A stretch of DNA of 64,000 bases from Amoebidium appalachense (taxonomy: Eukaryota; Protista; Ichthyosporea), in assembly GCA_963693365.1 (NCBI GenBank), contig CAVNZM010000002.1, positions 14,975,615-15,039,614 of the forward strand, read 5' to 3'. The notes beneath the pieces are model-generated. The model saw only the letters and a program-made list of their open reading frames with translations. It made no database searches and had not been told where the DNA came from. The position numbers and the translations under genes were made by a program. Positions 21,569 to 50,418 of this stretch are shown here, one piece after another. Numbering within the stretch: position 1 is the first letter of the stretch; each line of letters begins with the position of its first letter.

Positions 21569-22531
21569 TAAGTGTGTGGAAGCAGAAAAATGTATGATTC
21601 GAATCCATGTATGAGATAAAAAACATAGCACACAGTGTAGGAAGGACACTTGGTGATAGTCATGCACATAGAGGAAACGCGGAAATTTGAACTGCCAACC
21701 ACAATACTGCGATAATGAATGAGCCGACAACAGCACGAACCTAGGGAGCCATGCCCAGTTCGACCATTTTCGGAGCTGGTATGGTTTGAATGGGTATGAT
21801 TGTAAAACAAGAATGCCTATATGTCCACACTGTGCGTCGTGGCGCCAATATATCAATAACGTCAGATCTACCTCGTATTGAAAACAGGAATATGATTGGC
21901 TTTGTCTATATATATGTGATGATATTAGCTATCCCTTGATAAATAAAGATTGTGCAGTTTCCAAGAAAAGGATCCCTCCGAGGAAAAGGCGACATAGACG
22001 CAAATGAACACAACGGCATGTGCCCAAAACAGAACACCTCGGGTGCACACAAAATAGCAACCCTTGATAACTCCAACAGGTGCCGAGTACATGTTTGGTT
22101 GTCGTTGACTGAGGCGCAGTGGCCAATTTATTGTCATGCCATTGTACATATGTGCAGCGGGCACCATCTATAGTTGCGCCGTGACAATAATAATAATTGC
22201 TAAGCCGGTATTTCTTCGGGATTCCTTTCAATGGCGATTGCCAAGAGATGGCGATCTTAAGGTGCAAGGTGCACCCTAAGACCAAGTTGGCCTTATTCTT
22301 TATAGATAAATTAAATTTTATTTAGATCAGGACATCAGAGTGCTGAGAGTGAATATAGAGTGCAAGCGCCATTGACATGACGAGATAGTCCGATGGCTTC
22401 AGCGGATATCCAAAGAGATATACCAAAAACAAAATTTCAAACGTAGGATCTCTATATATATAAACTCAGCTACGAAGTAGCGGCGCAACAGAACCATATA
22501 AGGAGAATCGAAGAGATCTCCGGGCCGTGTA

Positions 22532-23150
22532 TTTTTTTATTTTTTTATAATGACTTTATTGATAAGCTCATCAAAAGAGAAGCATGCGAGATATCACAGA
22601 TATCTAAGGGAAGAAAATACAAAAATGCCTTACTCACGGATACGAAGGAGATAACGACAAAGATAATCATATACCCGAGAAAACTCATTAAACATACGGT
22701 GATTTAACATATAGTCAATAGAAGTAATATTAGGATTATCTAAGTAAGCTAATCGTCTCAGTTCGAACGGAATAACCGTAAATTACAACATAAGGATGCT
22801 GCGGGATGTGTCATGTACAATTTTTGCTTTTCTTCAGGCATTCAAGTGGGCCAAGCCTATCTGCAGACCAAAGAAATAAGGGAGATATGCAGATGAACAG
22901 AAAGGGGACGGGGGGAAAGAATCAATATGGGTAAAATATGGGTGTATGTGCGCCTGCTTGATTTATGGTTTGATAGGAGAGTCGACAGGTGGCGGAAAAA
23001 GTTGGAGAAGAGGATGTGGAGCCTGAGGTATTAGAGCGAGAAAGCTTAAGGTGCAGAGAAAACCGAAGAATAAAAAACCCGAGCACCCGAGGGCAGGAGT
23101 AGTTAGTTATACGTAAGCCCTTTAATAATATTAACAGCGGCAAAACAATT
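22532..23150 (-). pseudogene. Degenerate 3' end of an older non-LTR retrotransposon
   Basis: Minus frame LDNPNITSIDYMLNHRMFNEF (about 22681-22740) parallels the C-terminus NVNTLDFLLN of the neighbouring LINE. It is followed by AATAAA (22555-22560) and an A-rich tail (22532-22546). The 5' limit is uncertain. Confidence 0.45.
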
Positions 23151-23854
23151 TCTCAATTCAAACGAACAACGATTATGCAAGGTGGCTGGGCCTCCGGCAG
23201 TGTCCACGCAATAAAAAGTGTGTAAACCCAAGGAGAAGAAAATGTAGACGGGGTATACTTGAGCAGTAAAACATAAATACTGGCACTGAATTACAAGATT
23301 GCAGGCCGGATCTGCTTGATTGTCGAGGGTGTTGCGAGTTTTTGATCCATTCATAAGATTCTCTATAACATCCAAATAGTATGATCTATTGCCTATTGAA
23401 CCAGAATTACCTATACGTTTTGTGACAGCTATATGTATGCGAGACAATAAGGATTGCGTTATAAATCATGTTCATTTTTTTGTTCAGAATGACCGTGAAA
23501 AAAAGCCCACATGTTTTGACTTCCTCCGCATATGGCAGCATTTTTATCCGGAATCATAAGCGTGGATAGATGAGGACATGTACTATGTGACCCCCTTACT
23601 TCAGTACTTTCCAGCGCTATGTACAATGTAGCGCTGGGGGACGCCGTCGTTACCTAATATAGGCGGGAGCCTAGGATATTATGAAATGTGTACAAAATTG
23701 ACTGCTGTGGGTGCACTTGCATTGAATTCAGAGGCACGCCTGCTTACATGTACACTTGCGTATGGAGAAAATATGACGCAGCGAATGCCATTTTGAAATC
23801 TTTTAAATAGAAATTTTGGTTTCTAGTTGATGACAGAATCACGGGACTTGGATA

Positions 23855-26000
23855 TTTTTTTTTTTTTTTCTTTTGACTGGATTTATTCGACGGAAAGATA
23901 TGACAACTTGAAGTATGCACGGCATACTGAGAAGACAATAAAAACTTCACGAGTTATCCAGTAACAAGTGCATACTGAGATACCTGAACACTGTGTGAAA
24001 ATCATATAAATACTCAATGTGACGACCAACAGAATTCAACAAAAAGTCTAAAGTGTTCACATTGCCAGCTAGTGTAGCAGATACCCGGAGGCCCGGGAAA
24101 GAGGTAAAACACGACATAAAAATTCACACCTATCAACATGCTTGCGATTAAAAAGGTCAGCACAAAAGTGGCACCAGCGGCGATGAAAACAAGAATTACA
24201 GCGCCACTGCACAACTTCCCAGGCAATATCAACATCAGAGCACCATACAGACTTATCTACTAGGGTGGTATCCATACGTACAGCAGGAGAAATGTATCCT
24301 GCCAAAGCTCCCAAAAGCGATAATGATCAGTACGGTGTTGCCTAAGGAACATAACACATGCCGACTGAGTTTTACCTTTGATTTCTCTATCAGAACGAGA
24401 AAGAAACTTATACTGCGTATGGTAATAACGCGAAAAGGCAGAAAAAACAGGAAGAGAAAAGAAAGAGGGAGTGAGATAGCGAGAGGAAGAATCAGGTGGA
24501 AAGAGGGTAGGCTGAGGACATTCAGAAGTAGCGTTGGTGAATTGGGGGGGGAGAGGAATGGAGGGAGGGGGGGGAAAGAAAGCATAAAGAGGGTGACCAT
24601 CAGGTAGCCTAACTAAATGAAAACAAAAACGAAGAGACAATTCCTCCATACGACAAACAGCAGACGACAATCCAAACATACTGATTAAGGGAGGCACAAA
24701 CCGAGTACGAAACAAAGTGCGTAGCGCAGTACCCTGAAAATCATCGAACTCGTTCAGCGCCATTGCCGCCTCACGAGGTGGGGCGCAGGCCAATAGCGGA
24801 AGTCCATATTCGAAAGTCGGCCGTAAAAAAGTTTTATAGTAGAGAAGAAGGTTCGCAGGATGGATCACAGACTCCTGTTGAAACATATTTGACACGATGT
24901 GAAGCTTACCCTTCGCACGAGCGATCCGTGCTGTGAGGAGCTTGCGGAAATCAATACCCCGTGCAGTAAAAGGAATACCCAAATAGTCATAGGTGCTCTG
25001 AACAGGAATAGGAAGGCCGGCCAATCGAAAGGAAGTGTTCTTCGAAAAAGTAGCACACTTTGCAATTCCGACTGTCATGAAATTCTCGGTGCACCATTGA
25101 TCCACCTGACGAAGCATCTGGTGCATGACATCTTCGGTTAAGGAACAAAGAACAATATCGTCCGCAAAAAGGAGACCCGGTACACGACGGGTATGCAGTT
25201 GGCCAAAGGGTTCGAGGGCGCAGGCTAAATCGTCAATGAAAACGTCAAACAACAACGGACTCAGGAGGGACCCCTGCAGAAGACCCCGGGAACGGGAAAA
25301 ACCGGGTGTTAATGTTCCATTGACCGCCGCGCGTCCGCGAGTGGTATCGAACAACGCTTGCAGAAGACGGCCAAAGGGGGCTGGTAAGCCCCGCATAGCT
25401 AGCTTATGCCATAACAAACCAGTGGGTACGGTGTCGTAGGCGTTCTTAAGGTCGATGAAGACAACGTGTGGAGAGCCAGAAGTCATGGATTCATGGAGTA
25501 ACAGACTGTGAGTATAACACGAATAGGCATGACGAAAGCCCCCTTGAAGGGAAGAAAGACGGAACACGGCGTTTAAAGAATCGTCGGTGTTAAACGCGCG
25601 AAGCATGCAACCCTCGAAGAGCCGACGAAAAACGTTGGTAAGTGTGACGGGACGAAAGTCGTTAATGACCCCCTGCGATACCTTCTTACGAACGGGCGTA
25701 ACGATTGTGTCAAGCCACGAATTTGGGATAAACCCGAGTTCGAAAAAAGCCGAAAAAAACTCACTAAGAAGGACAGCAAAAGGCGGGGGCGGGGGGGACT
25801 CTGCACGATTACGGGGCGGAAGCACGGGAGAAAGAACCTTGAAAAGCACGGGAGGAAGAGCATCCGGCCCGCACGCCTTGCGGGGTTTTAACGCCCGTAT
25901 AGCACCAAAAACAGCCGAAGAGTTGAAATAACTATGAAAAGTGCCCGGGAACGATCGGTCCGGCTCCCAACTTGGCGGCTGGGAGAGGCCATTCGGAGGT
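23855..26000 (-). mobile_element. 5'-truncated non-LTR retrotransposon (LINE) with poly(A) tail
   Basis: RT frame opens abruptly at about 25999, just before the RT0 motif KACGPDALP. AATAAA at 23882-23887 and an A15 tail at 23855-23869. No TSD recognised. Confidence 0.9.
23947..25999 (-). pseudogene. LINE ORF2 fragment: reverse transcriptase plus CCHC zinc knuckle, two frameshifts
   Basis: RT motifs DFRPVTL, QGGFR, FIDLKNAYDTV, GLLQGSLLSPLLF, LLFADDIVL, YDYLGIPF in ORF 24260-25849. The reading continues in a second frame (24314-24069: VQWR...CHFCADLFNRKHVDRC) and a third (NVNTLDFLLN...LDNS*, stop 23947-23949). The endonuclease is not in the retained part. Confidence 0.9.
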
Positions 26001-27150
26001 TATCTCAATAAAGGAATGTAAAAAAATGGAATTTTGAAATTATATCCTAAAAGACTTTGGTCCTGCCAAGAATGTGCGGTTTTCAATTATGCACGGGAGA
26101 AGGTTTGGCACCATAGCCAACAGCAGGTCTGTACTTCTTACAAACAGGCTGCGTAGCTAGATGACAACATCGCCAGACATAAATCATATCTGAAGGACTA
26201 CAGTAACACTTTATAATCAAAGTCATTATAAAAAGGCTTACATGCCACACAGCTGGTATAGGGAGAAAATACTTGGTGTCCTATTGTCGAATCAGATGCT
26301 GCTATTTCCCACGCTTCAGACTTCCTCTACCCCCACAAAGTTGGGTTCTAATACAAAGGCGTATGTGAGCAGTTTAAAATTTTAATTTGAAGAACTTGCA
26401 TTTTGTTTTCCCACAGCATTTGTTTTTTATACACATTGATAGCAGATTTATATTGTTAATTAAAAACCTTACATACTGAATTTTAAAAGAACATTTTTGT
26501 AAATATCTACTTTGTGAAACAATCGGTGAGTCGATGTTCTTGTTCCATTCTGTAGTATAAGCTGAGGATAATTAGGATAAGTATTGTGCTATTGCCAGAA
26601 GCAGAGGTAAAAACCCTTTGCAATAAAGTCTAGAAAGATGACTCGAAGCAAAATAGTAAGCCAATTAGCACATGAGATCTAGTAGACCTGACGTAAACCA
26701 ATCAAACAGCGCCAAAACAATGGTTGATAGCCGATTGCCAAAGCTGCACGAAGCAACGGCCTTCAACTCTAGTGCTCTTACAATAATTATTTCCACACCA
26801 AAAATATGATAAGTTATATCAAAACAATGTTTATTATATATATGTCAAGATTTTATGGTTGAAATGCTATAAAATAACTCTGGTATCCATGTAGCCACTT
26901 ATAGATCATTCCAATACCAGTTCCTGGGCCGGCGGCACGGCAATGGGCATGCGTGCCTGACTCCGACTCTGCTTCAACTCGCGCTCAACAAAAGGCGTGC
27001 ACTGGCTCATCTCAGTGTCGTTTCGTCAAGTTGGGTTAACTTTGAAAAGGCGTTTCTCAGTGCAAACACAGTTGACGATTTTATAACACAACACACTTTA
27101 CAGAAAGAGGTTTGTGAAGCGGCGTGGGGCACGCATGCCCAATTCTTTAC

Positions 27151-28561
27151 ATGTCCTCTTTGAAGCAACAACACAAGTCCAGTACCGACTTGGGAGATTT
27201 TGGCCTTGAAGACTGTGACGACGTGCACAGACACACAACTACACTCTCAACTACACAGAAAATGCCCCACTTCCCCCAGTCTGACATCGGTGCATGCCGC
27301 CTTCGTGTTCCAGAGGAAAAGAAAGACTGGTTCGCTGCGTTTCAGAATTCGTACAAAGTTCGAGGACGAGCAGGTAATTTGGTGAAGGTCAATGCAACAT
27401 CCGAAAGCAGTAGTCAGAGTCGCCCACCAAGAGCGCATGCCGAGCAAATGGCTACGTTGCTTCAAACGAAAACATGCCCGAGTCTCCCACGCCAGAAAGC
27501 TGCACACGAGAAGGCTGATAGCGTGGCAAAACGGCACTCTTCTCTCAAGAAACCATCCTTAGGCACTTGGCAAGAGGGCCAGGAGGGTGGTGACACAAAC
27601 TCGGACAATGGAACGCACGCTACTTCTCCACCAACAAGCAGGATGGTACGTCGTGCCGTTGTTTCTTCCTTGTCTGACTCGGGAGATAGCTCTGCTGAAT
27701 CGTGCGAAGAGCTATCCTCTGTTGGAGTGGTCACGGGGCATCCTACGGTCTGCGCAAACCCTGGAAAGACTGGAGCCTGGGCTCGCAGTTTTGGGGTTGC
27801 ATCAAAGCCTGCAGGTGTGTTTGCAGTGTGAAAGATGTATACTTCTCACGGACGACAAGAAATTAGGTGATGCTATTTTGGAAGAGATTTCGTTTATTTT
27901 CATGCGAATGCACACATACGAACTCGTTCACAGGGGTTACAAAATGAGTTTACACGGGTTTAATCTTCAGTCGAATATTTTGGTGTACGAGCAGTTTTTA
28001 GTTAACGAAGGTATGTTACCACTTGGACTGGACTAAGTAAGGACATATTAGCCAAAGGCTCAGTAATAGGTACTTTGGAGGCTTGGCTATGTCTGCTCTC
28101 TTGGATCATTTGTTTCTTGTTCTTGGTTTTGATAGCGAAACTCAGGATTGCACTGGCACGTTCTAATTACGGAAGGACATAACCGTACAAGCTGTATATT
28201 GATAGTTGCGTATGCCTGATACTGATAATGGTGTATAAAAGACAACTGGTGGGTGCCATATAACAGCAGTGTGCCAGAGGCGCAAGCTGCACCTTCTATA
28301 TATGAAGCAAACTGGCTTGCTTGAGTTGTGATGTGACTCATACCGTAATCAGCTACTTTATAAGTGGCCTTGAGGTTGTGGAAGAAGGGAACTGAGGTTG
28401 CAAACACGTGGCACACCATACTCCAACCATACCTTTATTTTCCATCGTCGATCACTCCAACATCCTCTACCTACTCTCCCCAGCACAAAGCCAGCAGCCA
28501 AGCCTGCAACACCCTCGTGTGTGCCACTAACACCACGAGTTGTTATAGGATGGGTCTTTGA
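27151..28561 (+). CDS. Hypothetical Ser-rich protein, probably 2 exons (27151-27814, about 28365-28561)
   Basis: A non-repetitive 235-aa ORF (27124-27831) with a GCAG|GTGTGT donor; a phase-1 continuation VALRLWKKG...MGL* is possible; CCAAT boxes upstream at about 26660-26705. No domain recognised. Confidence 0.45.
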
Positions 28562-28685
28562 ATGCGCACGTGCTGCAGGAAACACCCCGGCACACATCGA
28601 TATCGCACCCTTGTGTACTTGTTGAGCAGGAACCGCTTTCCCCGTAGTACCGTAGCTTCCCCCCCCCACCCCGCCCCACCCCCCA

Positions 28686-29122
28686 ATGACGCATACTGTG
28701 CGCATGGATGATGTTGCATACTTGAATGTTTGCCTTTGCATGTGTCCTGCACCATGCTTCTCATCGTGTATGCGTACTTCGTACCGTGTTCCGCATTCAA
28801 AACCCCCCACCCCCCAAACACACACACACACATTTTATCACACTTGCACTTGCATGCATGGCGCATGAGTGAAATGACTACTTGGTATGCCAGCATGCCT
28901 TCGTTTCGAGTGACAATATTAGGGAACTGGGAGGAGAATTGCTCGGCCTGGGGAAACATGAATACAATTGCTAATGGCAGCACTTCTCCAAAGGCTTTGT
29001 ACCGTCAAGTTCAATCATCGGATAACATAATATGTAAAAACAAAAAAAAAATAGAAAGAAAAACTAACGGCATTGTGCACTAAGAAATCGGACGTGTACA
29101 TGTCCAGCCACACACGCGTTTG

Positions 29123-29209
<87 letters not shown>

Positions 29210-29213
29210 TTTT

Positions 29214-29255
<42 letters not shown>

Positions 29256-29394
29256 GGGGGGGGGGGGGGGGTTGAATGCGAAATATATAGGGCCGGTACG
29301 AAGTACAGATGCACAATGAGAAGCATGGTGCAGGACACATGCAAAGGCAAAAATTCAAGTATGCAACATCAGAATTGCGCACAGTGGCGGTCAT
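28686..29394. repeat. Fold-back inverted repeat (arms about 28686-28812 and 29262-29394)
   Basis: gatgttgcatacttgaatgtttgcctttgcatgtgtcctgcaccatgcttctcat...tacttcgtaccg is mirrored as cggtacgaagta...atgagaagcatggtgcaggacacatgcaaaggcaaaaattcaagtatgcaacatc. Confidence 0.9.
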
Positions 29395-29421
29395 AAGCAG
29401 AGCCCATCCTCAGGGAGGGTA

Positions 29422-29454
<33 letters not shown>

Positions 29455-30253
29455 AATACGCAGAACATGCATATATGAGGGCGGGGGGAGGGGGGAGGGG
29501 GGGGGGAAATGGCTGTGCAGCAGTTTCGAGATCCAGAGTTCATGACAAGAGTAGTGTTGAGTTGCACATTATGATGCCATTGTGTGCGGCCGTCCAGCGG
29601 CTACTGCCATGGCAACTTAGCTATTCACTGCTTGTCAGATAAAATCAATGTAAAGGTATTTAACTCACGTGTATATTATCACAAGTTCAACTGCTGCAAA
29701 CAATCATCAATGCTTGACATAACAGTCTTAGAGACTTACTGTTAATTTGATTTACCAACACTATCATAGTGCCCTTTAGGTGACTGAGCAAGTGCAATCC
29801 CCTTTCTTTAAGAACTTACGTTAATAAAAGCTGGAGAATCGAAGTGGTTCTGGAATTACGTCTCAAAACTGTCCATGAAAACCCATTTTCTACCGAAATA
29901 CAAGAAGAAGCGCCTCGTTAGAATCCAACATCATACAATCAACAAATACACACCCGGTTGCAAACAGCACGCGGTTCATCCCCAGGAATTGCACCAACAA
30001 CACCCTAAATGGCATGTGGTTGCCTTTAACACGTGTGTGCCTTACGCCAATATCTGCAACTCTTCCTCCCGACACTCACTCCTACATGTCTACGTATGTG
30101 TGGCACACAACTAGGTCACGGTGTTGTTACAAGTTTGTTGTGCCTACCTTACACCAGGAATTAAGACACATTAGTGTGTGAACAAATAAATTGGCTTACA
30201 TCGTAGTATCATGGTGTGTGTGCGTGCGTGCATGCGTGTGTGCGTGTGTCTGT

Positions 30254-30301
<48 letters not shown>

Positions 30302-30314
30302 AATTGCTGGAGAA

Positions 30315-32993
<2,679 letters not shown>

Positions 32994-33894
32994 TTTGAAT
33001 ATGGGCACCAAAACCTTACTACAAAACTACTGCAAAAGAACGGGCTTTAGGGGAGCTTTAGGGGTGTTAGCTGAGATTACCCTAGGCCACCTGAGCAGTC
33101 ACTGACTTAGTAAGTTGTTACGCCTGCCACATGTTCGCCCGGGGAAAAATGTAACTCCCTTTGTATGTGTTACACCGCAGAATATGTAATTAGGTGATTT
33201 ATAAGCGAATAAAGCAGTTATGCATACGAGGGTATAAGTGTAGGATCAACAACAGGTGGTCGCCAAAACGAAAAATCTGACTCACTTGATCGACTCCCCG
33301 GCTCTCAGCAAAGCAAGGGGGGGGGACTGAAGCCCGCCAGTTTGTACCATTAGCCAATCAAATAGTGCCTTACGTAAGTAGATGCGCTTTTATCCAATCA
33401 ATGGTTGGACCAATGGGAAATCGCTTGGTGATGCTCACATTGGTACATGTGGACGTGAAAGCTACAGAAGTGGACAACGAGAAAACAAAAAACTGGGGCT
33501 CGTGACTAGGTAGAAGTGAAGTCTATAAAGGTCATTGGAAGGCTGAGAAAAGGGAAGGTTTTCGGTTTGATATGTAATAGCAGTCGTCTTACGCAGATAT
33601 ATTTATCAGTTCAGCAAGCACAAAGAGGTTTCATGACTTTAGTTGCTCAGTTTCCCGATCAGACAGTGAAAGGTGTAAGATTTGAGTAAGCGATGAACAC
33701 GGCCAAGCTGGGCTTTTGAAACAACCAAGTTACTCACTAGATAGCGTGCATGAAGTGCTTGAACTAAAGAAGATTTGTCCAACCGGCTTTCTTGTACAGT
33801 TTCTGAAACCTTTCTTGTTTCACCTTTGAGTTTTCGAATTCATTCCATCTGCTTAGGTAACTGTGCAAGCGGGTAGGCCCCCTTGTTAGTGACC
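32994..33894. promoter_or_regulatory. Putative bidirectional promoter (RUS1-family gene / UTP15) with CCAAT-box cluster
   Basis: Head-to-head ATGs about 900 bp apart; CCAAT at about 33354, 33394 and 33410, and ATTGG at about 33439 and 33534. Confidence 0.55.
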
Positions 33895-46306
<12,412 letters not shown>

Positions 46307-46849
46307 TGTTGCCCCTTTGTCACGTGACAATGCCTAATAAGGGAGTCTTGGCCATTGTGTACCGTACTACGGTGTGATTGGCTGAAAGGAGTTAAAAATG
46401 AGAATGCGGGTGGTTAATAGCTGCATGTTGCCAGTTTACAGACGGATAACTTTTCATAAGAAGGCCTTCCACACATCCTGTTAAGACTGGTCTCTTCATA
46501 CACAAACACTACGGTATTCTTAGTTTTTGCTGTTGTTTTTATCCGTTCAGCCTTAACCACAGGAGGGGTGGGTGGGTTTGTGTGTGTTTATTTTATTTTT
46601 ATTTTATTTTTATTTTTTATTTTGGGGGGGGGGGGGGGGGGGGGGGGGCTGGGCTTTTGAATTTGCAGTTGGTAACTAGACTACTTGGTTTCCGATAAAA
46701 TGATACATGTTTTCTGTCTGATTGGTTTCAGTGTACTGGTTACACGAATGTGAGACATGTTAGGGGTAACCTGGACGTGCACGTAGATGTACAGTAATTG
46801 GACTGAGCACCTGTGATTGGCGTGGAGGAAAAAATACAGTCACACAACG

Positions 46850-46886
<37 letters not shown>

Positions 46887-47237
46887 ACACACACATACAC
46901 ACACACACGCACACACACATACACACACACACGCACACACACATGCACACACGCACACACACACGGATTGCATCGATATCTTACACACGTTGTGCCTAGT
47001 ATATGTAGAGGTACAACTATGCCTTTTACACAAGTATGTAAACACAAACAGATATACATGTGCAAAGCCCCTTGTTTCAACCAACCAGAGGCGAACACCA
47101 TTAGGGATATTCGAAGTCCTTTTATTAGGCATGTGTGTGCACGTGCTGATAAATAATAAAAAACCCAGACGATCCGCGGCTGTCAGCACAAAACCATTCA
47201 CAAATGTGGATGACTATTTATTATAAGGTAACGCCTC

Positions 47238-47285
<48 letters not shown>

Positions 47286-47494
47286 GTGGGTAGACACCCC
47301 GTGTACGTGTGTGACGGGTGTGGGTGTGGGTGTGAGCATACAAGTACAGTTCTTAACTGAGGGGTGCCGCGCGAGGGATGCCGTACTTGGGAAAATTCCC
47401 TACCGCGGTTTGATGAAAAACGGCATCCTTGTGCACGTGCATCGGTCTAGATATGTCGACAATAAACGGCATGTCGTGCATCTTCCTTATCGAT

Positions 47495-47557
<63 letters not shown>

Positions 47558-47906
47558 CCTTCCCCCCCCCTCCCCCCCCCCCCTGGTGACCCTCCCTCCC
47601 CATGCTTAGCTCCAGAATTCTCCTTCTCCCTAGTTGCCTGCCCCAACGCATGAAAATACGTAGCTCTTCCCCATTCGTCCCGTTTTGTTCATTGATAATT
47701 AGTTACTGTAACCCGGGCCCCTGTCCAACCCCGCTGCTCCCCTCCACAAGCTTAAGTGTCATAAAAGTATTTTCCGACGGTTACCGAAATAGGCAACCTA
47801 CCCTGCCATCTTCGAAGTTCCCCCCCCCCCCCCCCCCCTCCCCCCCCCCCCACCTATCACACACACACTACACACACACACACATCTTCCCTCCCTTCCC
47901 CTCCCT

Positions 47907-47947
<41 letters not shown>

Positions 47948-48230
47948 ACGGGCCCCTCCCCCCCGTCCCTCTCGTCACTCCTTCCCGCCCTCATTTTTGC
48001 ACCGGTGTCATTCACCGTAGGGGCCTGAAGTTCAGACGGAGGCTCAGACGACCTGTTGCCCACGTAACCCTTCAGTTGGATTTCGATAGTTATTCCTTTC
48101 CAAAACAAATCCCCCCCCCTCCCCTCCCCCCCCCCCCTTTCCCCCCGCCTTTAAAAAGAAACAAAACAAACAAAGAAACAAACAAACAAACAAACAAACA
48201 AACAAACAAAAAAAAAAAAAAAAAAAAAAG

Positions 48231-48273
<43 letters not shown>

Positions 48274-48628
48274 ACCCGCCCCCCCTCCCCGCCCCTACCC
48301 CCCATTCCCCCCCCCCCCCCCCCCCCCCAGGAAAAACTTTGAAACATAAACATACACATGCACACGTTTTCAAATAAGCACCCACACATCCTCCTATACA
48401 GGTTCCCCCCGTCCCTACACCCTAGAACTCATCATTGCCTCACAGCACAATACGGCAAGCATACATCTACACACTAATTTACAGTTCCACAGTCACACAC
48501 ATACTGTACACTGGACGTGTGGGTCACCTGGTCCACAGGCACGTGTGTGCAATGAACGAGCGTGTTGTGTGTGTATTCACACACAGCACACACACGCACA
48601 CGCACACACACACACACGCACACGCACG

Positions 48629-48713
<85 letters not shown>

Positions 48714-49000
48714 TCACACACTCACACACACACAAAGTTTCCCTATCCATGTATATACCTCAAGATCGACAACGCTCACGTGAATTTTTGGGGCCCCTTC
48801 AGTTGCTACAGCATGGTAGTGTGATATATCATACTAACATTCCCACCGTGTGTTCTAATTTGGAATCGATGAAATTATGGACATCTTGTATTTTGAAACC
48901 TGCCCACAGCTCGCAGTGTGTGCAACTAGATTAACCGTATTTGGAAGTCGGATAACCATATATAGATATGGTCTATCGCCTTGTACACCCTACACATCCG

Positions 49001-49043
<43 letters not shown>

Positions 49044-49279
49044 CACACACACACGGGGTGGGGGGGGTGGGGGGAGGGGGGGGACACATGCGAACACATA
49101 TAAGTTCTTGTACTACAGTGTGCACGCACATAGTATTACACACACAGACGACCAGACACGCATGCCGTATGCACGTGATTTTTTTCCAAATTTGGTGTGT
49201 GTGTGTGTGTGTGTGTGCATGTGCGCGCGTGTGTGCACGAACTTGATTGAGAGAGAGAGAGGGGGGGGGGGGGGGGGGG

Positions 49280-49330
<51 letters not shown>

Positions 49331-50172
49331 GGAGAGGGAGACTCTCGGAGAGAAAGAGTGAGTGGGAGAGAGAAAAAAAAGAGAAAAAGGGAGGTCGTGA
49401 GAGGGAGAGGAAGGGCGAGAGAGGAAGATAGAGAGAGAGAATCGGAGAGAGAATGAGAATGAGAATGTGTGCGTGCGTGTGTGTGTGTGTATGTGTTTTC
49501 CGAAAGTTTTTCGTGTGTATGTGTGCACGACCTGCGGGCGCGCGTGTGTGCATGTGTTTTCTTTTTCTTTTTGTGTGTATGTACGACCTTTCTCTCTGTG
49601 TGCGTGCGCAGGGGCGCGCGCGTGTGTGTTGTGTGTGGATGTGTTTTCTTTTCTCGTGTGTGTGTGTATGTGTGTGTGCATGACTTACAGAGCAAGGAGA
49701 GAGATTACGCGCGCACGTGTGCACAATTTGTGTGTGTGTGTGTGTACATGTGTGTGTGTGTATGTTTGTGTGTGTGGTGTGTGCACGTGTGCTTGTGTGT
49801 TTTGATTACAGTGTACATGTGTGTGTGTGTGTGTGTGTGTATGTTTTAGTGCACACGTGTGCTTGTGTGTTTTGATGGTGTACGTGTGTGCGTGTGTGTG
49901 CATGACTTACTACGTTCTTTTGCAGGCATTTTTCCTTCAGCAACTGTTACTATTCCTTCAGCAACTGTTAATATTCATTTGAGAAACCTTTTACTTGCAG
50001 TTTTTCAATAACTGCCTGCATGATAGAAAAACTGCCTGCATGATATTGGCCAAAAAACTGCCTGCATGATATTGGCCAAACAATTGCAAGACCTGCTCGC
50101 CATGACCACATTATGAATTATTTACAAGAAAATAATACGTCAGCAACCATTATTACTCACAGACCACCTGAG

Positions 50173-50306
50173 ATATATCAGGAATGCAAAACCTACTTTT
50201 TTGCACGTGCGCAACCAAAACGAAAACTAGAAGAAAACATATATCAGGAATGCAAAACCTACTTTTTTGCACGTGCGCAGCCAAAACGAAAACTAGAAGA
50301 AAACAT
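50173..50306. repeat. 66-bp tandem duplication downstream of SulP copy A
   Basis: atatatcaggaatgcaaaacctacttttttgcacgtgcgca.ccaaaacgaaaactagaagaaaac x2; shorter duplications also at about 49933-49971 and 50010-50080. Confidence 0.9.
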
Positions 50307-50418
50307 CATTCTACTCTGTCAGTCGGTTTACTAATAAAACCAACACACGTTCGGCTTAAAACAACCTTACGGCTAGCTATTGCACACACTATTTGAAAAT
50401 TATTCACCTATTCCTGCG

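Noticed and set aside
22542-26234. 16-bp inverted match (tttttataatgacttt at 22542 / aaagtcattataaaaa at 26219) bracketing the LINEs as possible TIRs
   Set aside because: AT-rich and low-complexity, no TSD, and the left copy is explained as a LINE polyA end.
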